From Azolla caroliniana (Eukaryota; Plantae; Polypodiophyta): 64,000 bases of DNA. The first letter of the stretch is position 1; each line of letters opens with the position of its first letter. Below the pieces are notes generated by a model. It worked only from the letters and a program-made list of their open reading frames with translations. It searched no databases and was not told where the DNA came from. The DNA lies in assembly GCA_043228905.1 (NCBI GenBank), contig JBHGNT010000016.1, positions 1,364,001 to 1,428,000 of the forward strand, in the 5' to 3' direction. Positions 52,680 through 62,403 of the stretch are shown here, piece by piece. The position numbers and the translations under genes were made by a program.

Positions 52680-54437
52680 TTTTTTTTTCCAAAAAAAATT
52701 CTCCTTCCATTAGTTAAGACAATTTACATAGGATAATATACAACTCGTATGTTACAAGCCAATTTGCATGGCTATAAAGAAACTAACATGTATAAAGGAA
52801 TCAACAAAGACTAAAAACTCACCGCTTCATCCAATGAGCACAGAATTACTCGACTGAATCCCCTCAACATGAGCCTCACACAACCCACATTCAACATAGA
52901 CATCCTCCAATCTCTTCACATTTCAACACCTACCTCTATGTTTGGTACCCTCGAAGGAAACATCCATTGGGGTGGCTGATAAATACACTTTGCATTGCCA
53001 TCCACCATCTACAACATCGGAAAACCTCTCCATTTAATAAGGAAACGACCTCTAGCTTCTTCACTCGTGTCAGAGGAGCCTTGAAGGTTGTCAAACTCTC
53101 CTTGTAACGTATAAATAAGATTAAACCAAATCATCATTAAACTCTAAGATGGTGGATTTCGCTTACCGGTAAATGACTCCTTGCACCTAGATACCACACT
53201 TGCCAAACATTACGGACGGTCACTAAAAACCAAATATCTATGTATTGTTCTTGTATGTAGAATGTACCTCCTTGAGCTAAAGGTTGTACAATTCCATGCT
53301 TCACCTTTAAAGAAAGACTATTTCCATTCCACCCATGAAACCACGCAGCCGATTCAGTGGCTAACCAAACAATTGTTGTGCTTGATACTTGATCTTCAAC
53401 CCCACATCGAGCCAGAATTCTTAAGCTCCTTGTCCAAACTTCTTGGGCACACTGGCAACTCTACAAACAATGTGCGATGTCCTCCAAACTCGCTCCATGC
53501 CACCCCTTTTCCCCAACCACTCTCTAGTTGGAACAACCCGATGGGTGATTAACCAAAAAAACACCTTGACCCTTTTGGGGAGGGATGAGTTCCATATCTT
53601 GCCCCTAGTTCTATCCACGAAGACCGAATTGATAGCTACGTGGGTCCATTTGTTGACACACTTCTCGCGATGGAAGCATAACTTTCTCCCCAAGCACGTT
53701 GAGTAGTTGAAGAAACCTCTTGCTTTATCTTGTTCTCCCCTCCACATATATTCTGCAGGATCCCATTCTAAACACTTGGAGTGGCTTGCCTTCAACTACA
53801 TACAATATCCAATCCTCCTCAACCTCATTGACTGATGGATTCACCTTCCATTTCTTACCATCTCGTGCCACAATTCTAATCGGGGACCAATTAGCACCTG
53901 CATCTATTGATCCCAACTGGATGATCTTCCCATTCTTTCCTAAACCCTTGAAGTTGATAATTTTTCCCGTATCATCACATTGTCCGAACCATTCACCCTC
54001 TTCCTCATTATTAATAGGAATAGAGTAAACAACTGTATCAACTACGTCAAGCATCTTCCTACCATTTCTGAACTTTCCTACGTCTTCATATAATTTATCC
54101 CGAGTACTAGCGGACAGTCGCTTCCAATCTGCCATTGAATGAATCCCTGCACAATGCATTATAGCCCACGACATACCCTTGCTCTCGCTAAGCATATTTC
54201 CCTCTGTCGACTTTAAGGTCTCGTTCCACAATAGGGGTCGGTGCATCCATTTAGCATTAGTACTTGGACCTATATGGCTAAGATGCCCACAGAACATACT
54301 CCACGCCTTCATCATTGACATACATGTGCGATCAGCCAACCAATTAGATTTCCTAAGCTTTAAGTCCATACAAAATAGTCACAATTTATGTGGCTTCCAA
54401 TGCCCACCAAGTCGTGAACTCCAAAGGATGCTCCTAT
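52680..54437 (-). mobile_element. 5'-truncated L1 LINE
   Basis: Poly(A) as a T-run at about 52680-52688; 3' motif taactaatgg shared with the L1 ending at 11839; ORFs 53725-54369 and 53421-53795 homologous to 10000-11300; TSD tataacgagggaaagtt (52665) / tataaagaggggaagtt (54438). Confidence 0.85.
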
Positions 54438-54844
54438 TATAAAGAGGGGAAGTTATATTGGATGAAGGAAATATTAGCTTTAGTTCAATATTGAACAACC
54501 ACTTCGTATAATGAAAAACCAACATAATAACTATGCACTTCTCATTCTTCTATTAGTGTTGATGAATTATTTTGATGGTGACATAGCCCAAACACAAAAA
54601 AACCAATTTCATAATGTACATAATATAGTAGTTTCACTTGTAGTTTCTAATAACACATTGGAAGCCTATGCCAACAAATATGCCATAAGCCAAGATAAAC
54701 CCCAAGCTAGTTCAAGGCTAGTTCAACACCCGAGCAACACCTAATTCAAGACTTGAATTTTTGGATACTTGAGAAGTGATACAACTACTAGCCCAAGACT
54801 TGTGCTAGTGGCCAACAATGTGGTCACTATACCCAAGTGGTGTG

Positions 54845-55391
54845 TGTCGTGACTCTTGAGTAGGAAGCAGAGAGAGAGCGATGGCGATAGAGATAACGAT
54901 AATGATAGAGATGGCGAGAGCGGTAGAGATAGCGATAGTGATAGAAAGAGAGTGAAAGAGGGAGAGAGTGCGAGAGAGAGAAAAGTATAAGTGAGAGATA
55001 AGAAATGGGAATGCGATTATATTATGAGAAAGAAGATTACAAGGAGTAGGCTAAGGGCTAAAGACTGGTGTTGAACCGAATGAGTTGTGATGAGTGTATG
55101 GACTCTTATTTATAGACCCTTATGGAGTATTCTAGAATGTTCTAGAATATTTTAGATATTTATGAATAATAATAATAATAAATATAATCATGAGATATTC
55201 AAGAACATTCTAGAATAATCTAGAATGTTCTAAATATCTCATAATAACTAAACATATAATTATTATGATTACATCTCACATATGTTATTACAATGGTTAA
55301 AGTACAATATGTAAACCAAGAGGTTATGGGTTCGATTCCTGGTTCGCCAAGATGAATGTCATGATAAGTCAAGATGTATGTCTTTATGACA
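54845..55391 (-). repeat. Chromovirus A 3' LTR
   Basis: TG...CA, direct repeat of 60229-60775. Confidence 0.96.
55279..55349 (+). other. tRNA-like module, 3' LTR copy
   Basis: Same sequence as 60663-60733; B box at 55329-55339. Confidence 0.7.
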
Positions 55392-58300
55392 TTATCCCCC
55401 CTTTTCGATGACGAGTTGCACGAGTCGGAAGAAAAGAGTTCAGACTTGGTTTATGAGGATATTGGTTGTGAAATGCAACAACCATGTCGGAGGCATTGGC
55501 AAGATGTTCGGCAGGCTCCCATGTTCGATCATTAGGTGTATAGCCTAACCAATCAACCAAGTAGTATAGTTTGTTGCGAATGATCTTGGAGTCGAGGATA
55601 GCGGCAACCTCATATTCAGAGCCATTGGAAACGTCAATTGGAGGTGGGGGAGGTGTAACACGACCCGGAATAGAGCTCGTTGTGTAAGGCTCCAAAAGTG
55701 AAACATGGAAGACCGGGTGAAGACGCATATGAGGAGGAAGATCAAGACGAAATGTCACATCATTGATCTTACCACTTATGACATATGGGCCAAAACGTTG
55801 ATAATCCAATTTGTAGCAAGGTCGGGTCGTTTTAATGCTACCTTGTAAGAGCCATACACGATCGCCTACTTGAAATGTAGTCGATGAATCACGCCGATGA
55901 CGGTCAGCAATCTTCTTTTGAGTGTTTTGGGCTTCACATAAATGATGCAAAAGCATATCCTGAACTTCTTGGAGTTGAGTGAGCCGATCTTCAGCAGCTG
56001 GGTTTTTTGGGAGTTCAGGATGTTCAAGCATCGTCCAACGAGGATGGTACCCAATGTTTGCAAAAAATGGGGAATATCCAGTAGAAGAATGCTCGGAGTT
56101 GTTATAAGCAAATTCTGCCAAAGGTAGTAAATCCACCCAATCATCTTGTTGATAGTTGACAAAACAACGTAGATATTGCTCGACTGTTTGGTTGGTGCGC
56201 TCACTCTGCCCATTAGTCTCTGGATGGTAGCCGGAAGAGAGTTTACAAGAAGTATGTAAGAGTCTGAACATGTGCCGCCAAAATTTCGAGATGAATTGGG
56301 GACCCCGATCACTGATAATATCATCCGGAAGACCATGATGGCGAAACACCTCCCGCATGAGTAAATCAGCTGTCTCTTGACTAGTAATGGTCTTTGTGCA
56401 TGGAAGGAAATGTGCCATTTTCGTAAAACGATCGACAACCGTGAGAATCGAATCAAATCCCTTGGAAGGTGGAAGATCCGTAATAAAGTCCAAGGAAATA
56501 GATTTCCATGGGCTCTCCGGAATAGGCATTGGCTGTAATAAGCCATATGGATGATGTCGAGGCTTTTTTGATCGGCAACATGTATCACAGCTACGAACAT
56601 AATCCGTAACAAAATGGCGAAGCCGTGGCCACCAATATCGGCGAGAAATCAACTCAAAAGTCTTGTGGATGCCGAAGTGTCCCGCCATTGGTGTGTCATG
56701 ACATTGTTGCATGACTTTGAGTCGAGAAGGACCGTCAGGCACATACAAGAGAGTTTGTCGAAAAAGTAACCCATCATGCCAACTAAACTGGGTGTAGTCT
56801 AGACGAGGATTTTGAGTTTGGGAGCTAGATGCACGATTTGGGATAATATGGCTCAAAACCTCTTGGGCGAACGCATCAGTCACAATCTGCTCACGAATGG
56901 AATCAAGAAGCCTTGAATCTCCCGGTGTGTTGATGGTATGCATTGCCATTATTCGTAGACGATCAGGACCTAAGAGGATTTGCTTTTGGCTTTCAAATGC
57001 GGCCTCTCCAGGTTGAAGTTCCATATACGAACGTCTAGATAAAGCATCTGCTTTTCCTTGTTGCATCCCAGGGCGATATAGAATTACAAAATCGAAACGA
57101 GTTAAGAACTGCGCCCAACGAGCTTGTCGTCGATTCAAGACTCGAGCACTTTGAAAGTATGTTAGATTTTTATGATCATTGTAGACAATAATCTGCTGAG
57201 AAGAACCCTCCAGAAAATGACGCCATTGTTGAAAAGAATCCACAATGGCAAGAAGCTCTTTGTCGTGAATCTCATAGTTGATTTCTGTGGCTTCAAATTT
57301 TCGTGAGTGAAAAGCCACCGGGTGCAGTTCACCATCATCACCAATTTGGGATAGTACACTTCCGAGTGCGAAATCCGATGCATCAGCTTCAAGTATAAAG
57401 CGCCTCATTGGATCGACATGGATTAAGATTGGTGCGGATGTAAACGCTTGCTTTAAACCCTCAAATGCAGAGTTCGCATCTATACTCCATACAAATGATC
57501 GATTCTTGTGCGTTAGTTGAGTGAGGGGCAACACAATTTTTGAATAGTCTTTGATGAACTTGCGATAAAAGTTTGCGAACCCCAGAAAACATTGCACATC
57601 TCGCACGGACTGTGGTGTTTGCCAATCCAAAATTGTTTGAACCTTTGATGGATCCATAGAGATGCCATTTGAAGAGACTATGTACCCCAAAAACTCCACT
57701 TGACGTTGGTCGAAACTACACTTCTCCAATTTTGCATAGAGACCATACTCTCGTAGCCGTTGCAAAACTTGGCGAACATGTATATCATGTTCTTCTTGAG
57801 TTTTTGAGTAGATCAAGATATCATCCAGGTAAACAATGATGAAGATATCGAGGAAGTCTCGAAAAATATCATTCGCCATATGTTGGAAGACTGCTGGTGC
57901 ATTCGTGAGGCCAAAAGGCATCACTGTGTACTCAAAATGACCATAGCGAGTGCGGAACGCCGTCTTCCATTCATCCCCAGGACGAATTCGAACAAGGTTG
58001 TAGGCACCTCGAAGATCTAACTTCATGAAATACTTTGCTTCACTGAGGCGTTCTAGAAGGCTTGAGATCAATGGGAGAGCATATCGGTTTCTAACGGTCA
58101 CTTTATTCAAGCCTCGATAATCCACGACCATACGAAGCGTACCATCTTTCTTCTTAACGAAAAAGATGGGTGCACCAGCAGGAGATTTTGAATGTTGGAT
58201 AAAACCATTTGCCAAGTTCTCATTGATATATTCTCGAAGAACCTCTAACTCTGTGGGCGAAAGATTATAAATTGGTCCCCATGGAGGCTCTTTTCCTGGC

Positions 58301-59022
58301 TGCAAATCAATTGGGCAATCATATGGTCGATGCTCTGGTAGTCTATTAGCCTTCACCTTATCGAACACATCGGAGAATTCTATGTACTTCTTTGGTAGTT
58401 GGACCCCCAATTCTTGTGAGCTAGATGAGGGAGTTGCTAAAACCGCAAATACCATCATGTCTTCCTTTCTTCCATCCTCTCGTAATTGACGTATAGAGAT
58501 TGTTGAAATTGTGGGGGATCCTAGATCCTTAGTTGGAGCTTCAAGAGACTTGGATTGTACGGTGACCTCTTCAATAGTTCTTTTTCTCCAATCAATGGTT
58601 GGGTTATGTAACTCAAACCAAGGAAGACCAAGAACTAGAGAGTGCTCCGGACTACTAATGATGTTAAATGAGATGACACTAGCCAAATTACCTAGGACTA
58701 CACGAATTGGTTCAGACTCTTCGACTATATCTCCTGATGCTATAGGGTGACCATCGATGACTCCTACAGCTACTGGGTTTGGGAGTTTTTTCAAGATGAT
58801 GTTTTGAGTCAATGCAAACTCGCGATCCATGAAACAAGAATTGGCTCCGGAATCTAGGAGGGCAGAGGCTAGGGCGCGATGACCTGTAGATGTGCTAAGC
58901 TCGACTTGTGCAGAAAAAACTCTACTAACTTGATTTGATGAAATGGAACCACAACTAGGTACTGACTCTACATAACTAGGATGGTCCAACCAAATGGCTC
59001 CTATTTTGGCCGGACTTATTCG
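55384..59022 (-). CDS. pol: Chromovirus pol (PR-RT-RNase H-integrase-chromodomain), probably reached by -1 frameshift
   Basis: LLDSGA, YLDD, EADASDF, HHCC, SLDFITDL/SDRGPQF/SERTN, GPY, chromodomain EYEVAAILDS...YLVDWLGY...TWEP; frame stays open back to the slippery site. Confidence 0.95.
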   Translation of the reverse strand, partial: RISPAKIGAIWLDHPSYVESVPSCGSISSNQVSRVFSAQVELSTSTGHRALASALLDSGANSCFMDREFALTQNIILKKLPNPVAVGVIDGHPIASGDIVEESEPIRVVLGNLASVISFNIISSPEHSLVLGLPWFELHNPTIDWRKRTIEEVTVQSKSLEAPTKDLGSPTISTISIRQLREDGRKEDMMVFAVLATPSSSSQELGVQLPKKYIEFSDVFDKVKANRLPEHRPYDCPIDLQPGKEPPWGPIYNLSPTELEVLREYINENLANGFIQHSKSPAGAPIFFVKKKDGTLRMVVDYRGLNKVTVRNRYALPLISSLLERLSEAKYFMKLDLRGAYNLVRIRPGDEWKTAFRTRYGHFEYTVMPFGLTNAPAVFQHMANDIFRDFLDIFIIVYLDDILIYSKTQEEHDIHVRQVLQRLREYGLYAKLEKCSFDQRQVEFLGYIVSSNGISMDPSKVQTILDWQTPQSVRDVQCFLGFANFYRKFIKDYSKIVLPLTQLTHKNRSFVWSIDANSAFEGLKQAFTSAPILIHVDPMRRFILEADASDFALGSVLSQIGDDGELHPVAFHSRKFEATEINYEIHDKELLAIVDSFQQWRHFLEGSSQQIIVYNDHKNLTYFQSARVLNRRQARWAQFLTRFDFVILYRPGMQQGKADALSRRSYMELQPGEAAFESQKQILLGPDRLRIMAMHTINTPGDSRLLDSIREQIVTDAFAQEVLSHIIPNRASSSQTQNPRLDYTQFSWHDGLLFRQTLLYVPDGPSRLKVMQQCHDTPMAGHFGIHKTFELISRRYWWPRLRHFVTDYVRSCDTCCRSKKPRHHPYGLLQPMPIPESPWKSISLDFITDLPPSKGFDSILTVVDRFTKMAHFLPCTKTITSQETADLLMREVFRHHGLPDDIISDRGPQFISKFWRHMFRLLHTSCKLSSGYHPETNGQSERTNQTVEQYLRCFVNYQQDDWVDLLPLAEFAYNNSEHSSTGYSPFFANIGYHPRWTMLEHPELPKNPAAEDRLTQLQEVQDMLLHHLCEAQNTQKKIADRHRRDSSTTFQVGDRVWLLQGSIKTTRPCYKLDYQRFGPYVISGKINDVTFRLDLPPHMRLHPVFHVSLLEPYTTSSIPGRVTPPPPPIDVSNGSEYEVAAILDSKIIRNKLYYLVDWLGYTPNDRTWEPAEHLANASDMVVAFHNQYPHKPSLNSFLPTRATRHRKGGIMS

Positions 59023-59028
59023 TTTAAC
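58977..59028 (-). promoter_or_regulatory. Predicted -1 ribosomal frameshift signal (G UUA AAC + H-type pseudoknot)
   Basis: Heptamer 59028-59022, 6-nt spacer, 11-bp stem GUCCGGCCAAA/UUUGGUUGGAC, loop UAGGA pairs with downstream UCCUA; a -1 shift joins gag to pol. Confidence 0.8.
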
Positions 59029-60143
59029 ACATCCTCTAATTGGCTCAAGACATCAAATCTATTCTCATGGCATGGGCTAGTAGGCTTAGTACTTAAGTTA
59101 TTAGAAGTGATAGTAGAACTTGATGTAGGGTTGTCATGTGCACTTACTTGGTAAACTTGACGCCTGGGTTTATGTGGACAATTCATAGCTATATGTCCTG
59201 GACCACCACAGTAGAGGCATAGGCGATGCGCCCGACGTCGTTGTTTCTCAGCATCTGATAAGGGCCCTCGACGTTGTGTCGACTCTATTTCCATCGGAGT
59301 GGGACCATCCCTCGTAACGGGTCTAGAACCTTGTGGCGGTGTGGCGACTATAGAAGCGTATGTCTGTTCCGGTTGGCGGCGTAACATTTGTTGACGTTCA
59401 GAACGTCGCTCAAATAGGCGATTATCACATCGCACAGCTCGGCTAATAGCTTCAGTAAGAGACTTTGGATCTTCATGGAAAGTAAGAAGAAGATCTTTGA
59501 CATCGTTACGCAAACCCTGACGGAATTGATCCATTAAGGCTGCCTCATCCCAAGGGATGTCGCATGCCAAGAGACGGAAATCTGCGGCATAAGCTGAAGC
59601 GGGACGATCTCCTTGTCGGAGTCTTCGAATCTTGTTTATTGCAGTCCTAGTGCTATCCGTATCTCCAAAACTAGCTTGAAACTCCTTAACGAATGCCTCG
59701 AAATCCTCCAGTAATGGTGATTTCTTCTCAAGAAGTGGTGCAAACCATGCTAACGCTGTACCGCTTAGCAAGGTTCCTATTAATCCCACACGGGCGGCAT
59801 CAGTTGGATACCGATTGGGATGTAACTGAATCACCAAACGAACTTGATTCAGGAAACCTCGAAAGAGAGATCTGGTACCATCAAACTTGGCAGGGAGGCT
59901 AATCTTTGGTTCCCTTGGGGAGTTTTGAACCCCCGCCGCTTGTTCTCGTAATGTTAATATAGTAGCCTCAAGTTGATGAACCCGTTGTGATAACTCCTCA
60001 TATTGATGAGCTTTCTCAGTACTGACTTGTTGAAGATCCCCAAGTAGCCTTTGATTTTCTTGCTCTAATGCCACAAACTTAGTGGTGAGCATATCGAGCT
60101 CCGAAAGGACACGCATATACTCTTGCTTGCTGACCGACTCCAT
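59016..60143 (-). CDS. gag: Chromovirus gag (coiled coil, capsid, CCHC)
   Basis: 375 aa; PAKFDG, LRQG..ASAYAADF, CLYCGGPGHIAMNC. Confidence 0.95.
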   Translation of the reverse strand: MESVSKQEYMRVLSELDMLTTKFVALEQENQRLLGDLQQVSTEKAHQYEELSQRVHQLEATILTLREQAAGVQNSPREPKISLPAKFDGTRSLFRGFLNQVRLVIQLHPNRYPTDAARVGLIGTLLSGTALAWFAPLLEKKSPLLEDFEAFVKEFQASFGDTDSTRTAINKIRRLRQGDRPASAYAADFRLLACDIPWDEAALMDQFRQGLRNDVKDLLLTFHEDPKSLTEAISRAVRCDNRLFERRSERQQMLRRQPEQTYASIVATPPQGSRPVTRDGPTPMEIESTQRRGPLSDAEKQRRRAHRLCLYCGGPGHIAMNCPHKPRRQVYQVSAHDNPTSSSTITSNNLSTKPTSPCHENRFDVLSQLEDVLNE

Positions 60144-60215
60144 AACCGTGGGGGAAAAAGAAAGAAGGATAAAGAAGAAAGCTTGCTAGGGTTATTGGAG
60201 AAAGGGAAAAGAAAT

Positions 60216-60226
60216 ATTCGGTTCAA
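60216..60226 (-). promoter_or_regulatory. Non-tRNA primer-binding site (self-priming type)
   Basis: TTGAACCGAAT, 2 nt inside the 5' LTR boundary, exactly complementary to ATTCGGTTCAA at 60465-60455. Confidence 0.8.
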
Positions 60227-60490
60227 ACTGTCGTGACTCTTGAGTAGGAAGCAGAGAGAGAGCGATGGCGATAGAGATAACGATAACGATAGAGATGGCG
60301 AGAGCGGTAGAGATAGCGATAGTGATAGAAAGAGAGTGAAAGAGGGAGAGAGTGCGAGAGAGAGAAAAGTATAAGTGAGAGATAAGAAATGGGAATGCGA
60401 TTATATTATGAGAAAGAAGATTACAAGGAGTAGGCTAAGGGCTAAAGACTGGTGTTGAACCGAATGAGTTGTGATGAGTGTATGGACTCT

Positions 60491-60614
60491 TATTTATAGA
60501 CCCTTATGGAGTATTCTAGAATGTTCTAGAATATTTTAGATATTTATGAATAATAATAATAATAAATATAATCATGAAATATTCAAGAACATTCTAGAAT
60601 AATCTAGAATGTTC
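60491..60614 (-). promoter_or_regulatory. LTR promoter: TATA box with heat-shock-element arrays
   Basis: TATAAATA 60498-60491; TTCtaGAAtgTTCtaGAA 60514-60531; TTCaaGAAcaTTCtaGAAtaaTCtaGAAtgTTC 60582-60614. Confidence 0.75.
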
Positions 60615-60662
60615 TAAATATCTCGTAATAACTAAACATATAATTATTATGATTACATCTCA

Positions 60663-60733
60663 CATATGTTATTACAATGGTTAAAGTACAATATGTAAAC
60701 CAAGAGGTTATGGGTTCGATTCCTGGTTCGCCA
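60663..60733 (+). other. tRNA-like (Thr-UGU-like) Pol III A/B-box module in the 5' LTR, antisense to the element
   Basis: A-box-like TATTACAATGG 60670, TGTAAACCA, B box GGTTCGATTCC 60713-60723, ends CCA; acceptor stem not formed. Confidence 0.7.
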
Positions 60734-62403
60734 AGATGAATGTCATGATAAGCCAAGATGTATGTCTTTATGACAGTGTGAGCCAAGATTCATCATGTTG
60801 GATGTGTCGTTCACGCATGCACCTCTAACCCCCTAGCAACATATATCATGTGCAAGTTGCAACGCCCTACCAATGAGTCGTTTCCATGTGATCGAGATAA
60901 AATTTTGATGATGAATTCCAAATACAAAAGAGGAATTCACATCAAAGCTTGAGGTGCAATGGCACTTAATGTTGCACCTTCTGATTTTGAAAAACTCAAG
61001 CAAGTATATAATAATGTCGAGTGCTCAATGAATGTACCTCCCAACAATGGATGGTCTTCAACCTCAACTCTTACTATGGGACATAACCTTGCGTGAATCA
61101 CATTTTGAGGGCACCTTGTTTGAGTCCAAACCCACAACCCCTACCCATTAACATCCCTATAGTTGATCTACTTAAGGAAGTTATCATATCACCTATTGGA
61201 TATTGTCATAACCATAATAAAGAATTTATCAGACACTCTGACACATCCTAGTCCAATAGTTTTCACTTCATTATTGTTATGTACACATAACGTTGGTGAG
61301 GGTAGGTCACCAATATTTACATTAGTGAAGGGTATGTTCACTAATGTTAAAAAGGGGACTAATGATTGGATAGAAGGAATGATAAGTGCATGCACTATCA
61401 TGATTTGGACAACCGATGAATGGAGAGCCTTTTAGAAAGGCACATCTATTCAAGGGGCCTAGGAAAAGGTATAAATATGAGGCTTAGCTACCCTCATAAT
61501 CACATTACGTTGGAAGGCTGTTGTCTTAGACACCGGTGGTGCGGCCTAGGCTTTCGTCTCAACGATCGTGTTGATCTCTTCCAAGGTATTAGTCATCCCA
61601 ATATCCGGCTATATGGGATGTTAGTGGTAGGTTGGCTATGTCTAGATCATAGCTCAGGGGTGGTCGGGTGGAACGGGTTCTTCTATCCATTCTATTTTCT
61701 TTCTTTTACTTTAGTTTGGCCTATTGATTAGTAATAGACCCTTAACAATTATGAACTAACCTACTAGTGTAGTTAGTAAAAAGAATCCCATGTAAAGACT
61801 CGATGATTATTTGTGCTATCATTGCCATAGGCACATGCAAAGGAACCTTGATAACTTACCAAGTAAAGAAGGTGCAAGAAACAAGTCAATGGTGGCATCA
61901 AGGAAACTCACAATTAAACACCAAGGTTTTCTTTACATGGATTTCTAATCTAGTCATGGTCCTTGGGGTTCCATTATAATATGCCCACATGACTTTTGAT
62001 TGTTCCAAGTATGTCTTTTCCACCCTAGGAACCTTATTAACCATTTAAAAGATGTCACTTTTGTAACAAAGATCTCAGGAACTTATAAATACATGTAGAT
62101 TTTAGTAACCTATTTTCTAAGAAAATTGCTAGGTCATGCTCGTTGTTGGTCACATTGTGCATACAAAGCCACAAAACATAGTTAAATGTAACTCAATGAA
62201 AAAATCATTTCATAACAAATGGCAAAATGCCCAAAAATACTTGAAGGTTTTTTCGGAAAAAAATACTTGAAGGGCTAGGTTTAGTGAAAGATAAGGAAAA
62301 CCAAATGCAAAATTTGAAGGAGACTAAAGGAGAAACTTGTTGAAAGTTATTGTAACTTTTCTTTTATTGACTTCGGTATGCATTATAAGAACTTATATAT
62401 GAG

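Larger units (their letters stand above)
54845..60775 (-). mobile_element. Intact Ty3/gypsy chromovirus (Tcn1-like), family A
   Basis: 547-bp LTRs (54845-55391, 60229-60775) with about four transitions; TSD GTGTG; PPT AAAAGGGGGGATAA; open gag and pol ORFs. Confidence 0.98.
60229..60775 (-). repeat. Chromovirus A 5' LTR
   Basis: TG...CA, direct repeat of 54845-55391. Confidence 0.96.

Noticed and set aside
60663-60733. Functional tRNA gene in the LTR
   Set aside because: Acceptor and anticodon stems do not pair; only the promoter boxes and a partial T-arm remain.
60780-62400. Decayed element hosting chromovirus A (also 54455-54840)
   Set aside because: Looks like degenerate coding DNA but no diagnostic motif could be read.
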